From a virus (lineage: Duplodnaviria; Caudoviricetes), in IMG/VR virus record IMGVR_UViG_3300046786_000888, positions 14,106-78,105 of that record: a stretch of DNA of 64,000 bases; one strand, 5' to 3'. Shown piece after piece: positions 9,759 through 17,996 of this stretch (the stretch's first letter is position 1; every line of letters starts with the position of its first letter). The notes below the pieces were generated by a model that was not told the DNA's origin, did not search any database, and saw only the letters and a program-made list of their open reading frames with translations. The position numbers and the translations under genes were made by a program.

Positions 9759-9958
9759 TTGAGGTGTTAAAATCCGATCAGCCGTTATCTGCTACAGAAA
9801 TAGCCGAAGCTTTAGGGATGTCCAAAGTGGCAGCTCTTAGCCAGCTCAAGCGACTGATTAATTTGAAATTAGTTTGTCAAATCAAGTTTGAGCATCACGT
9901 TTATTACTGTACAAACGGCATTTTTACTGATCTCATAGATACCTCACTCTTAGAATGA
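9743..9958 (+). CDS. Winged-helix HTH protein (ArsR/MarR-like)
   Basis: 'LIEVLKSDQPLSATEIAEALGMSKVAALSQLKRLINLKLV...VYY'; GTG start at 9743 preferred over the track start 9626. Confidence 0.7.
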   Translation: MHRDLIEVLKSDQPLSATEIAEALGMSKVAALSQLKRLINLKLVCQIKFEHHVYYCTNGIFTDLIDTSLLE

Positions 9959-10371
9959 GTTTTTCTGAAACCCCGCAAAAGCCTTTTCTCTGGCGCTCGG
10001 AATATATCGTCGAGAATCTGCCTAGTTGGATCTACACGGACAACGAAGAGCCTCGGACCGAGCCAGAATGCAAGGCCAAAATCAGCTCTTTAGAGTACAC
10101 AATTAAGGATATCGAGCTTCAAATCGAGATTCGAGAGCTTGAACTCAAGACGGGTAGCTCCCGCCACGGCAGCGCTTTCGATCACGACAAATGGAAAACC
10201 CAGGCGTTGCGGGCGAAACAGACACACATGTATCTGTTAAACGCATACACATATTGGTTGTTAATTAATAAGCGTCAAGAAACTCTAAATATGTCGAAAC
10301 TTGATGCAGTTATCAAACTCTTAATCGAAGAGCCTAAAGACTTTATAGCTCAATTAGAAAAGCTTCTGTAA
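9955..10371 (+). CDS. Hypothetical coiled-coil protein
   Basis: 138-aa ORF, ATGA-coupled to the upstream gene. Confidence 0.7.
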   Translation: MSFSETPQKPFLWRSEYIVENLPSWIYTDNEEPRTEPECKAKISSLEYTIKDIELQIEIRELELKTGSSRHGSAFDHDKWKTQALRAKQTHMYLLNAYTYWLLINKRQETLNMSKLDAVIKLLIEEPKDFIAQLEKLL

Positions 10372-10380
10372 AATAAAACC

Positions 10381-10500
10381 AGCAGTAACGACAAGAAGGG
10401 TTCGTTTCTGCTACCGTCGGGGGTAGCGCTCGTTTTCACCCTTTCCGAGCGCTGGAAAGTGAAGGTCTTTGCCGGGCGCCCGGTGAAGACCCAGCCCCCT
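10381..10500 (+). promoter_or_regulatory. Highly structured 5' leader / candidate cis-regulatory RNA
   Basis: Four stems in 120 nt, starting 7 nt after TAAAAT (10369-10374); G-U pairs favour the plus strand. Confidence 0.5.
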
Positions 10501-10507
10501 TCTACCT

Positions 10508-10840
10508 ATGTCACAAAATCAAATCGTCATCTCAGATCTCAACAAAATCCTACGCAGCATCGACACTTCCCTTCAAGTAATTGCAAACTCTAAATCTGGG
10601 TCATTAACCACGGCGTTTATTAACAAGCGTGCTCTTGCTGAACGTCTTGGTGTGCCGTCGGTAAAAATCGACAAATTGATTTACCAAGGAATTATCTCTG
10701 GTGGGAAATCCGGACTGGTCGAAGGAAGACATTTCTGTAAGCTAGATCCGGAAGAAAATAACACAAGCAACTATCTTTACGATAGCGCTAGAGTGCTAGC
10801 GGATGCTTGGAACAATTTCACGGGGTATACCGATGCCTGA
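10508..10840 (+). CDS. Xis/MerR-like HTH DNA-binding protein
   Basis: 'FINKRALAERLGVPSVKIDKLI...LVEGRHFCKL...YLYD'. Confidence 0.6.
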   Translation: MSQNQIVISDLNKILRSIDTSLQVIANSKSGSLTTAFINKRALAERLGVPSVKIDKLIYQGIISGGKSGLVEGRHFCKLDPEENNTSNYLYDSARVLADAWNNFTGYTDA

Positions 10841-11243
10841 CCTCAGTCAAGTCGCACAGCGTCTCAAGTTCAACCTGTTTTCAGGCTCGGAGACCAAAAA
10901 ACGTATGGCGGCTAACGTCGCCCGCATGATCATCGGAGATATCATCACCCTCCACGACGAATTCAAAACTTATAAGGGGGAGGGTGCTTTATTTTTCAAT
11001 ACCAGCAACGCTGAAGCATCTCAGTTTTTGACGGTCAAGGACATCCAAACCGACATGGCTCTGGCCGAGGAGATGATGAACAAAGACCTAGCAACATTCT
11101 TTAAAAAACTGATTAAAGTTATCGAAAAAGAAAAGGACGATCCTATCGTCGTGATGCTCGACATAAACGGCATGAGTATCCATGTACTGGATAAAAATAA
11201 AATCGATGAAGTACTTGAAGAGCAAGTAGCCAGTGCCGATTAA
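10833..11243 (+). CDS. Hypothetical protein
   Basis: ORF overlapping both neighbours; start at MPDLSQ. Confidence 0.65.
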   Translation: MPDLSQVAQRLKFNLFSGSETKKRMAANVARMIIGDIITLHDEFKTYKGEGALFFNTSNAEASQFLTVKDIQTDMALAEEMMNKDLATFFKKLIKVIEKEKDDPIVVMLDINGMSIHVLDKNKIDEVLEEQVASAD

Positions 11244-11811
11244 TGCCGTAGATTTTGTCTCGCCGGTAGACGTAGTAGCCGCTGCAACTGCTTTTTTTGA
11301 CGGAGAGATAGATTTAGACCCTGCCAGTAGTCATAACGCGAATACGCTTATACGAGCTAATAGATACTTTTGTCCTGAGGACCAAGGGCTTAGGCAGATT
11401 TGGAGAGCTAAATCTGTATATCTGTATCCGCCACGGGATCTTTTGACTGGGTCGGAACAACCGCCGGATAGAAGCCTGTGGACAAAGAAAAAAAGATTCG
11501 TTAAGTCTGCGCAGAGAGTCTGGATGGAGGAAATGCTGCGCAAATATACGCTAGGTGAGTTCGAAGAAGGTCTCCTATTTTTAACTTCAACGGACGTCGC
11601 GTTGATAGCCGCTCAGAAAATAGGGCTAGATTTGCCTATCTGCATACTAAAAGAACATCCAAAACTTAGAAACGACGACAAAGAATTTAGTAAAGTCAAT
11701 ACAAACAAGATATACGGATTTATTTATTACTTTCCGTCTCCTTATAAAGCAGATAGAAAGATTCTTGAATTCAGTGCGTTGTTTAGTACTCTCGGGCGTG
11801 TGTATATTTAA
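11233..11811 (+). CDS. Phage Dam-family N6-adenine methyltransferase-like protein with altered motif IV
   Basis: 'IDLDPASS..AN..I.A..YF..EDQGL.Q.W...VYLYPPR' matches the phage Dam layout, but NPPY is replaced by YPPR. Confidence 0.7.
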   Translation: MPINAVDFVSPVDVVAAATAFFDGEIDLDPASSHNANTLIRANRYFCPEDQGLRQIWRAKSVYLYPPRDLLTGSEQPPDRSLWTKKKRFVKSAQRVWMEEMLRKYTLGEFEEGLLFLTSTDVALIAAQKIGLDLPICILKEHPKLRNDDKEFSKVNTNKIYGFIYYFPSPYKADRKILEFSALFSTLGRVYI

Positions 11812-12076
11812 TCGGTTGACGAGTGTCGTAAGAGTTATCTGGGCCAAACTTATCGTTTTCGCCAAAACCTAAACCAACAGGAACACCGCGCATTTTTTTA
11901 CGCAGATATTCCCTCGATATCCGTTGTCCCCTCTCTTGCGGACTTTCGCTCCACACAGTTCCGGCCATGCGAATATCAGCACGCTGTCGGTACCGGTAGT
12001 CGTGCTTAGCGAAAGGAGCCTCCGCGTGGAAAGCTACCTTTCGCTCATGTTTTCCTATTGGAATTTGATCAGACAT
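11783..12076 (-). CDS. Hypothetical protein
   Basis: ORF contiguous with the minus-strand operon. Confidence 0.55.
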   Translation of the reverse strand: MSDQIPIGKHERKVAFHAEAPFAKHDYRYRQRADIRMAGTVWSESPQERGQRISREYLRKKMRGVPVGLGFGENDKFGPDNSYDTRQPIKYTHAREY

Positions 12077-12566
12077 TCCAAGTCGTTAAACGCTTAACTT
12101 GATCTTCATTGATGTTGCCTTGGGCAAGCCCCATAGCCCGAGGATCATACTGAAGATTAAATGCGGGGTCTTTGGCGATAGCAGCAAAACGAGGTTGAAT
12201 CTCGTCTAGCCCACGTTTCACGTATTGGTCATATAAGTTAGCGCTCTTGACTAACGTGTCCTCAAAACGTTGATGAGCAGAGCTACCTAAAACAGGGTAG
12301 TCGCCTTGATTTAATTGAGTTTGGAACCGTTCTTGTTCGCCGGTCATAAAGGGACCGAATTGTTCTTGAATACGACCATAGTAATCAGCAGGCTCGTTTC
12401 CTTCTCCTAAAAATCCGAGCATCTTACCTTGAGTCGCGCCTGCCATGCTCCTATATTTCCCGCCGCGCTGTTGAAGATCTTTAGCTAATTGCTTACCTTC
12501 TTTAACAGCCTGCTCGACCGAAGACTGAGCTGCTTCTAAAGCTTGTTGTTGCGGATTAGCGCCCAT
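12069..12566 (-). CDS. Hypothetical protein, possibly internal virion
   Basis: Q/G-rich 165-aa ORF with its own -10 element. Confidence 0.6.
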   Translation of the reverse strand: MGANPQQQALEAAQSSVEQAVKEGKQLAKDLQQRGGKYRSMAGATQGKMLGFLGEGNEPADYYGRIQEQFGPFMTGEQERFQTQLNQGDYPVLGSSAHQRFEDTLVKSANLYDQYVKRGLDEIQPRFAAIAKDPAFNLQYDPRAMGLAQGNINEDQVKRLTTWNV

Positions 12567-12626
12567 AGTCTTAAAAACCCTTACTCAAGTATACCGAATC
12601 CACTAGCGACAATCAGCACGTATCTG

Positions 12627-13940
12627 TTATCGTCCTGCTCCGCCCTGAAAAGTAGACACGATATGCCGACGTAATTGATCAAAATTACTGTATGGCGTCA
12701 TATATCGGCTGCCTGCGCCTCGTGGAGCGAGAAAATCAATACTGGCAATCGTACCGTCGGCTGAACGAACGTTTCCTGTTCCTCCTTGTTGGCCGATAAT
12801 CTGACCCGACGCGATCTGTTGACCCGGTCGGACTAAGATGCTCTTATCGGCCAAGTGCCCGTAAAGAACATCGACCTTCTTATTAGTTAGCGGATCAAGT
12901 GACTCGACAACAACGTAGTTGCCGTAACCGCCTTCTCGACTGACATCTTTAACCACGCCGCCTAAGACTGCAGGGAAACGTTTACTAGGGAAATACAGAT
13001 CAACTCCAGGCTGTCCGCTGGATTGTTCGTACACGACAGAGGCGGGTTTCTCGAAGGAGGATGGAGTTGACGCAGGAGCTCCAGAGGAAGATAACTGCGA
13101 GTTTATTAACGCTTCTTGACTAGCTTGACTGCTATCGTATGCTTTTTGCGTCATCTTAGCTCCCAGAATATCCATAACTAATTTTGAAGGGTCGTTTCCT
13201 CCTGGAGAGCCTCCCAAGAACAGTGCTTCATTCGCTTTGTATTTGTATTGCTCCGCAAGTGCTAAACCTTCCTCTCCATATTTTTCGGGGTCTGCTTTTA
13301 TTGCTTCGGCGGCTTGTAAATAAACTTGTGCTTTCTGCGTGTCGCCGGCCACAGGCTGGGCAGCTTCAGATAGAGCGTACTGAGTGACGATATTCTTTAA
13401 CGCGCCTTGAAAATCGTATCTAGGCAGACTGATCGGGGTAACACCAGCGGCCTGGCTGTCTTGTTGAACTTGATAAGGTACGCCGCCACTGGGTTTCTGA
13501 AGGAAACCTTGGAGTTCGCTCAGGGATTTAACAGGTTGACCGTAGTAGCTGCGCCCTTGCAGCGTGGGAAGACTCGCCCATTCTGGAGCGAGTTTTGCAA
13601 TAGTCTGCGGCGTAATCGGATCTTTGGTGGGGTCGACCCCACGCCGCTTCATTAAATAAATTGCGGCGAGGTCCTGTTCTCTCGGACCGAACCCCTGAAG
13701 ACCTAAAGCTTTCTGTGCCTCGGCATAAGTGCCAGGCATAAATTGATAACGTCCAGCAGCAGCGCTTCCTTCGGGAAAACCCTTAGTTCTTACAACTACA
13801 TCCGGATGCTTAGAGAAATCTTGAAAACGACCGCCGCCAAACATGACGTCGTAACCGCCGCCTCGACGAGAACTATCGGTACCTTCGGCGTACGCGATCA
13901 GATCAAGCCACTGCCGTGTCAGCGGGTTATCTAACGCCAT
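12627..13940 (-). CDS. Lambda-R-like lysozyme fused to an M23-peptidase-like C-terminal domain
   Basis: 'LDLIAYAEGT...YDVMFGG..F.DFSKHP...SAAAGRYQF...T...Q..AA..L...EWASLP' plus 'GYGNYVVV...VLYGHL...VRPGQ.I..GQ.IG.QGGTG'. Confidence 0.85.
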   Translation of the reverse strand: MALDNPLTRQWLDLIAYAEGTDSSRRGGGYDVMFGGGRFQDFSKHPDVVVRTKGFPEGSAAAGRYQFMPGTYAEAQKALGLQGFGPREQDLAAIYLMKRRGVDPTKDPITPQTIAKLAPEWASLPTLQGRSYYGQPVKSLSELQGFLQKPSGGVPYQVQQDSQAAGVTPISLPRYDFQGALKNIVTQYALSEAAQPVAGDTQKAQVYLQAAEAIKADPEKYGEEGLALAEQYKYKANEALFLGGSPGGNDPSKLVMDILGAKMTQKAYDSSQASQEALINSQLSSSGAPASTPSSFEKPASVVYEQSSGQPGVDLYFPSKRFPAVLGGVVKDVSREGGYGNYVVVESLDPLTNKKVDVLYGHLADKSILVRPGQQIASGQIIGQQGGTGNVRSADGTIASIDFLAPRGAGSRYMTPYSNFDQLRRHIVSTFQGGAGR

Positions 13941-13958
13941 CTGTCTGCTATTTATTCA

Positions 13959-14255
13959 TCATTCTACCGAATCTTCTGAATCATCGAACATCTGCACATT
14001 AGTTTCTACAGCGACCCCTATCTGCTGCATAACGGTTTTATACGCCCTCTCTTTACACATTAACTTTAAGATCATCACCCAGAAAAACTGGTCTCGGTCA
14101 CTTCCATTATTTAAAGATTTAGCTTTAGCCCTGATGCGCGTTAGCACAAATTCGTCTTCGAGCGTCAGGCCGCAACGAAGATCTCGCATTCCTCCGTCAG
14201 AACTTGCGGTTGCCACGGGCAGAACCCACTCTCTGATTATCCTACACCGAATCAT
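13959..14255 (-). CDS. nblA: NblA-like phycobilisome degradation adaptor (alternative start 14189)
   Basis: 'LTLEDEFVL...KSL...QFF....KLMCKERAYKTVM' follows the NblA pattern LSLEQQF...M...FL...M..RE..Y..L. Confidence 0.6.
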   Translation of the reverse strand: MIRCRIIREWVLPVATASSDGGMRDLRCGLTLEDEFVLTRIRAKAKSLNNGSDRDQFFWVMILKLMCKERAYKTVMQQIGVAVETNVQMFDDSEDSVE

Positions 14256-14384
14256 TAACGTACGTCTCAGAAGACTAAGTGCTTTCTGTAAACAATATAA
14301 AGTCCGGGCTAGGACCCACCTGAGACCTTTACAAGACCCATAAAGCTCGTTATCATTACTGAGCCATCCTTATTCACACGGCAG

Positions 14385-14654
14385 ATGTTTGAAGGCAAGA
14401 CCCTCCTGACGATCGCGGAGACCGCAGAATTTTTAAATTGCTCTAGCGGTTTCGTGCGCAAGCGCATCGCACTGACCGAATCAAATAACCCCGGCGGCTG
14501 GCCCAAAGACATCTATGTAAATCTGCAGCCTTCTGGAGCTAAGTCTCTGTATCGCATCAACAAAGATGCTCTGCAGAACTATCTGAACGGTGCGGATTCG
14601 TCGGCTAAAGTAGAAGACGATGCAGCACAGACCGCAACGGCGGCGACTTTTTGA
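14385..14654 (+). CDS. Excisionase-like HTH_17 DNA-binding protein
   Basis: 'LLTIAETAEFLNCSSGFVRKRI...YRINKDALQNYL'. Confidence 0.75.
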   Translation: MFEGKTLLTIAETAEFLNCSSGFVRKRIALTESNNPGGWPKDIYVNLQPSGAKSLYRINKDALQNYLNGADSSAKVEDDAAQTATAATF

Positions 14655-14656
14655 AC

Positions 14657-15190
14657 ATGACGTACACTGAGACCTTCGCTTCGACACCGGCATCGGCTTT
14701 GATGCCCACGCAGATTGAGGAGCGGATCATCTCGGTGGAACCAGAGCCCCAGCTTCAGGATCTTCTTCTGAATCTGGTGGCTCTGTCGTCATATGCGCAT
14801 CAGCTTTACACTCAATCTCATCTTATTCACCTAAACGTAGAAGGGCCGCTGTTTCTCCCTATCCACGAGTTTTTAAAGGGTCAGTACGACCTTCACATCG
14901 GACATTTTGACAAATTGGCTGAATTTGTCCGCACGATGGACACTCTTATGCCGATGTGTCAGAAAGGTTTATTAAACGCATATAAAGGATTTAAACACTG
15001 TAAGTCTTATGACACTCGCGATATGCTAGTAACTTATTTAAAAAACCTCGAAGACTTCGGAATGCAAGCTAAAGATTTGGGAGAGCTAGCTCGCACCGTA
15101 AAAGCTCCCGACGTAGAGAACTACGCAGCTCAGCTAGTCGACGATTCCTTCAAAGCCGCGTGGTTCCTGAAGAGCACACTTCGGGGTTAA
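14657..15190 (+). CDS. dps: Dps / ferritin-like protein
   Basis: 'LYTQSHLIHLNVEGPLFLPIHEF...Y...DKLAEFVR' is the Dps signature H(W)NV.G..F...H...D..AE; C-terminal 'AWFLKS'. Confidence 0.85.
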   Translation: MTYTETFASTPASALMPTQIEERIISVEPEPQLQDLLLNLVALSSYAHQLYTQSHLIHLNVEGPLFLPIHEFLKGQYDLHIGHFDKLAEFVRTMDTLMPMCQKGLLNAYKGFKHCKSYDTRDMLVTYLKNLEDFGMQAKDLGELARTVKAPDVENYAAQLVDDSFKAAWFLKSTLRG

Positions 15191-15828
15191 ATCTGAACCC
15201 ATTGCCCGCCTACATAAATGTATAAACCCGAAGGCGCTGCTGCTTGATACATAACAGTGCCTTCAGGTGAACTTACAGGCAATCCTGTAGTTACAGGAAC
15301 ACCCGAAGCCTTAATACAACCAGAAGATAAAATAGCAGAATAAGAACCTGATGCTGCGGTAGCACCTGAAGCAATAACAGAATAATAAGAGCCAGAAGCA
15401 AAAATAGCGCCAGAAGCAATAACAGAATAATAAGAGCCAGAAGCAAGAATAGCGCCAGAAGCAATTACAGCCGAAGAGGCGGAAAGAGCTGAATTAGCCG
15501 AGTTAGCAGAAGTGGCAAAGGCAGATCCTATGGTTTGCCATGTAGAACCTGTCCATACTTTCATAAAGTATGTACTTGCGCTGCTGTCAACCCACGTTTC
15601 GCCTACCGAATTTCCCGTTTGTCCTGCTGGAGTCGCGTTAGGCGCAGTTGTGCCGTAGTGACTTGATCCGATTTTTCTAATCGCGCCGCCTGTGTCTTCT
15701 AAGTAAACACCTGGTTCGTTGGCGCCGTAATTAACAGCAAGTTGCCCTAATTGCAGTGTTGCGGGCTTCGGACGATCGGAATTCAATCCCGAACGAAGAC
15801 TAAGCAAGTTAACCGGTGTAGAAGTCAT
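15187..15828 (-). CDS. Virion fibre-like protein with internal tandem repeat
   Basis: 'PATLQLGQLAVN...LED.GG.IRKIG' N-terminal domain, fibre motif 'GETWVD...MKVWTG..W', S/A-rich repeats. Confidence 0.7.
   Translation of the reverse strand: MTSTPVNLLSLRSGLNSDRPKPATLQLGQLAVNYGANEPGVYLEDTGGAIRKIGSSHYGTTAPNATPAGQTGNSVGETWVDSSASTYFMKVWTGSTWQTIGSAFATSANSANSALSASSAVIASGAILASGSYYSVIASGAIFASGSYYSVIASGATAASGSYSAILSSGCIKASGVPVTTGLPVSSPEGTVMYQAAAPSGLYIYVGGQWVQI
15331..15467 (-). repeat. 45-nt (15-aa) tandem repeat, about 3 copies
   Basis: IASGAILASGSYYSV / IASGAIFASGSYYSV / IASGATAASGSYSAI; the first two copies are near-identical in DNA. Confidence 0.9.
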
Positions 15829-17360
15829 TAAGAGTAAACTCCTCCGTTTATAGGGGTAGCAGGTATAGGAATTAAATCACCATTAGCATACGTTCCGCCA
15901 TCTAAAAAATTTACCGGAGTAGTCACAGGATTACCATTTGCGTAAGTCCCCCCATCGTACGAATTCAAATTACTATAATCTATAGGGGCAAACGGATCAA
16001 ATTCATTGACAGTAAACATTTCAAAATTTTTAGCCTGAAGTGTTGCAAAACTGTTTAAGTCTCCGGCATTTAAAGTTTTTGACATCATATTGTACATATC
16101 TGGATACATCATGTGACTAGGCATATCATTTTGAGTTGGAGAGTATCTCTGCCACCAAACTAAATCTCGTTCTCTTTTAAAAAAAGAAAATTGTTTTTGT
16201 AAATCTTTATCGAACTTTTCTCGATACCATTCATTCAAAGGCTCGTCATTTGGTTGAGGCAACCACGGTGATACTGCGCTCTCTTGTTCGTATTTTTTTG
16301 ACAAGTCCCACATAGCCGCGTATATGTGCTTACACCAGCGAGGTTGATAATAAAACAAATTAGGATCAGAATACACTCTCTGTGTGTACTCTGGTATATT
16401 GTAAATTTCGTTTAAGTATATAAAACCAAAGTCTCTGGCGTAGCCAGGGTTATCGATACTGTTTGAGACGCGAGGTGTTTGGTCTGGTCCCGCGTCATAT
16501 TGTCCGGGCGTCATATTGAAAACGCCCGTATATGGATATCTACGCTTTAGTGATTCCTTGTACAGATCAAAGCCTTCTCGCCCCAGAAAATCGGGGCACG
16601 TGCATTGAGTCCGCATTTCTGTACTTAAAAAATCTCCTACATTTGGGGGCCCTGTAGCGGGAACAGCCAAAGTATTTGCGTCCACGACGCTCCAACTGTT
16701 CTCCTTTGTTCTAGAAAGAAAAAGCGTGTTAAAAATAGGCGCATAAGAAGGAGGCAAAGGAGTTCCATTGAAACCAACCGCCGTTACTGTGTAGTTGTTA
16801 AATCCATACTGTCTTTCGGCGCCAGAGGAATCAAATCTGTTAGAGACTACTTCACCTGTAAAAAACGAAATAGGAGCTCCAAATTTAGAACTTAACCTAA
16901 CTGCATAAGTGTTATCGTCATAATTACTTACGGACTGAACAGAGTACCCAAAATCTCTGAAGTTAAAAGAATCACGTGGACGAACTCCGACCATCCACAT
17001 TTTCATATCCGACCTGGTTGTCGGATACATGAAGGCTACGCCAGGAAGGTATATTCCTAGGCCCGGAGCTCCCGAAACATAATATTTAAAGCTATACGAA
17101 AGACCGTCGTAAGCTTGTTGTGCATACATCGATAATTCGTATCCCCTTCTCCAGCGACTCCATAGAGAAGCGTAATTGTAATCACTTAGAACACTAAAAT
17201 CCTTAGTATTTACGGCGGGTCGAAACCGTCGCTCGAACGGCAAAGGTCTGTTCAGTTCCGTCGGTTTATCCGATCCTGACACATGAGAAACAGGTCGTAA
17301 ACTCGAATTAACACCAAAAGAACGAAATCCGAAGTTATCCGACCCCTTTCGACGTGACAT
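15828..17360 (-). CDS. Protein with SWIM-type Zn finger in the structural module
   Basis: 'QCTCPDF' ... ~90 aa ... 'WCKHIYAA'. Confidence 0.6.
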   Translation of the reverse strand: MSRRKGSDNFGFRSFGVNSSLRPVSHVSGSDKPTELNRPLPFERRFRPAVNTKDFSVLSDYNYASLWSRWRRGYELSMYAQQAYDGLSYSFKYYVSGAPGLGIYLPGVAFMYPTTRSDMKMWMVGVRPRDSFNFRDFGYSVQSVSNYDDNTYAVRLSSKFGAPISFFTGEVVSNRFDSSGAERQYGFNNYTVTAVGFNGTPLPPSYAPIFNTLFLSRTKENSWSVVDANTLAVPATGPPNVGDFLSTEMRTQCTCPDFLGREGFDLYKESLKRRYPYTGVFNMTPGQYDAGPDQTPRVSNSIDNPGYARDFGFIYLNEIYNIPEYTQRVYSDPNLFYYQPRWCKHIYAAMWDLSKKYEQESAVSPWLPQPNDEPLNEWYREKFDKDLQKQFSFFKRERDLVWWQRYSPTQNDMPSHMMYPDMYNMMSKTLNAGDLNSFATLQAKNFEMFTVNEFDPFAPIDYSNLNSYDGGTYANGNPVTTPVNFLDGGTYANGDLIPIPATPINGGVYS

Positions 17361-17366
17361 AGCAGA

Positions 17367-17936
17367 TCAATAGAATCCGCCTTGTGCGAGGATAGTTAAA
17401 CCGGAAGGACTCAAACCGCCCGATGCGCCAACACCGGAAGCGCCGGCAGGTCCCACGCCAATATAGCCAGCACAGAGAATATACCCTTTTTCGAGATACA
17501 GACCTTCATTCTTACCGATCTGAATAGGGCCGATTAGGTTTGTATCGCCGGTACGAGGGACAGGAGCCATCACAGCAGGCAGCTGCACCCCTAAGGGATA
17601 CCCGAAGGTAGATCCGCTTAGACCCACTTCAAAACGCCCGATCATCAGAGCAGACGATGTAGAGGGTGCCGCCTGATTGGGCATGTACACGTACAGACCG
17701 ATGTCAGCTGTACGAATACCGCTGTTGTCTGGATAATCCTCGTTGCTGACAATCGTGATGTCCTCGACAAGAGCACCATCCTCGGACGGAAGATCCCCTA
17801 CGCGAACAAGTTGAATAAGGGAACCCAGAGAAGGATTGATCGGATTACAAGTCGGGGTGGCGTTAGTAATCCGTGCGCCCCGTAAAAACGGACGATCGAT
17901 CAGGCATGGACTTTTGTTGGTCGATGTGCTCGCCAA
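17367..17936 (-). CDS. Hypothetical virion structural protein
   Basis: Beta-rich 189-aa ORF in the late operon. Confidence 0.55.
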   Translation of the reverse strand: MASTSTNKSPCLIDRPFLRGARITNATPTCNPINPSLGSLIQLVRVGDLPSEDGALVEDITIVSNEDYPDNSGIRTADIGLYVYMPNQAAPSTSSALMIGRFEVGLSGSTFGYPLGVQLPAVMAPVPRTGDTNLIGPIQIGKNEGLYLEKGYILCAGYIGVGPAGASGVGASGGLSPSGLTILAQGGFY

Positions 17937-17996
17937 TTCCGACTATACCCCCTCTCTGTGTTAGAGTAAGGGGCCCTGAAACATACCGCAAGTCTA

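Noticed and set aside
10508-14654. Prophage/integration module suggested by Xis-like genes
   Set aside because: No integrase, att site or host flank is seen in the window.
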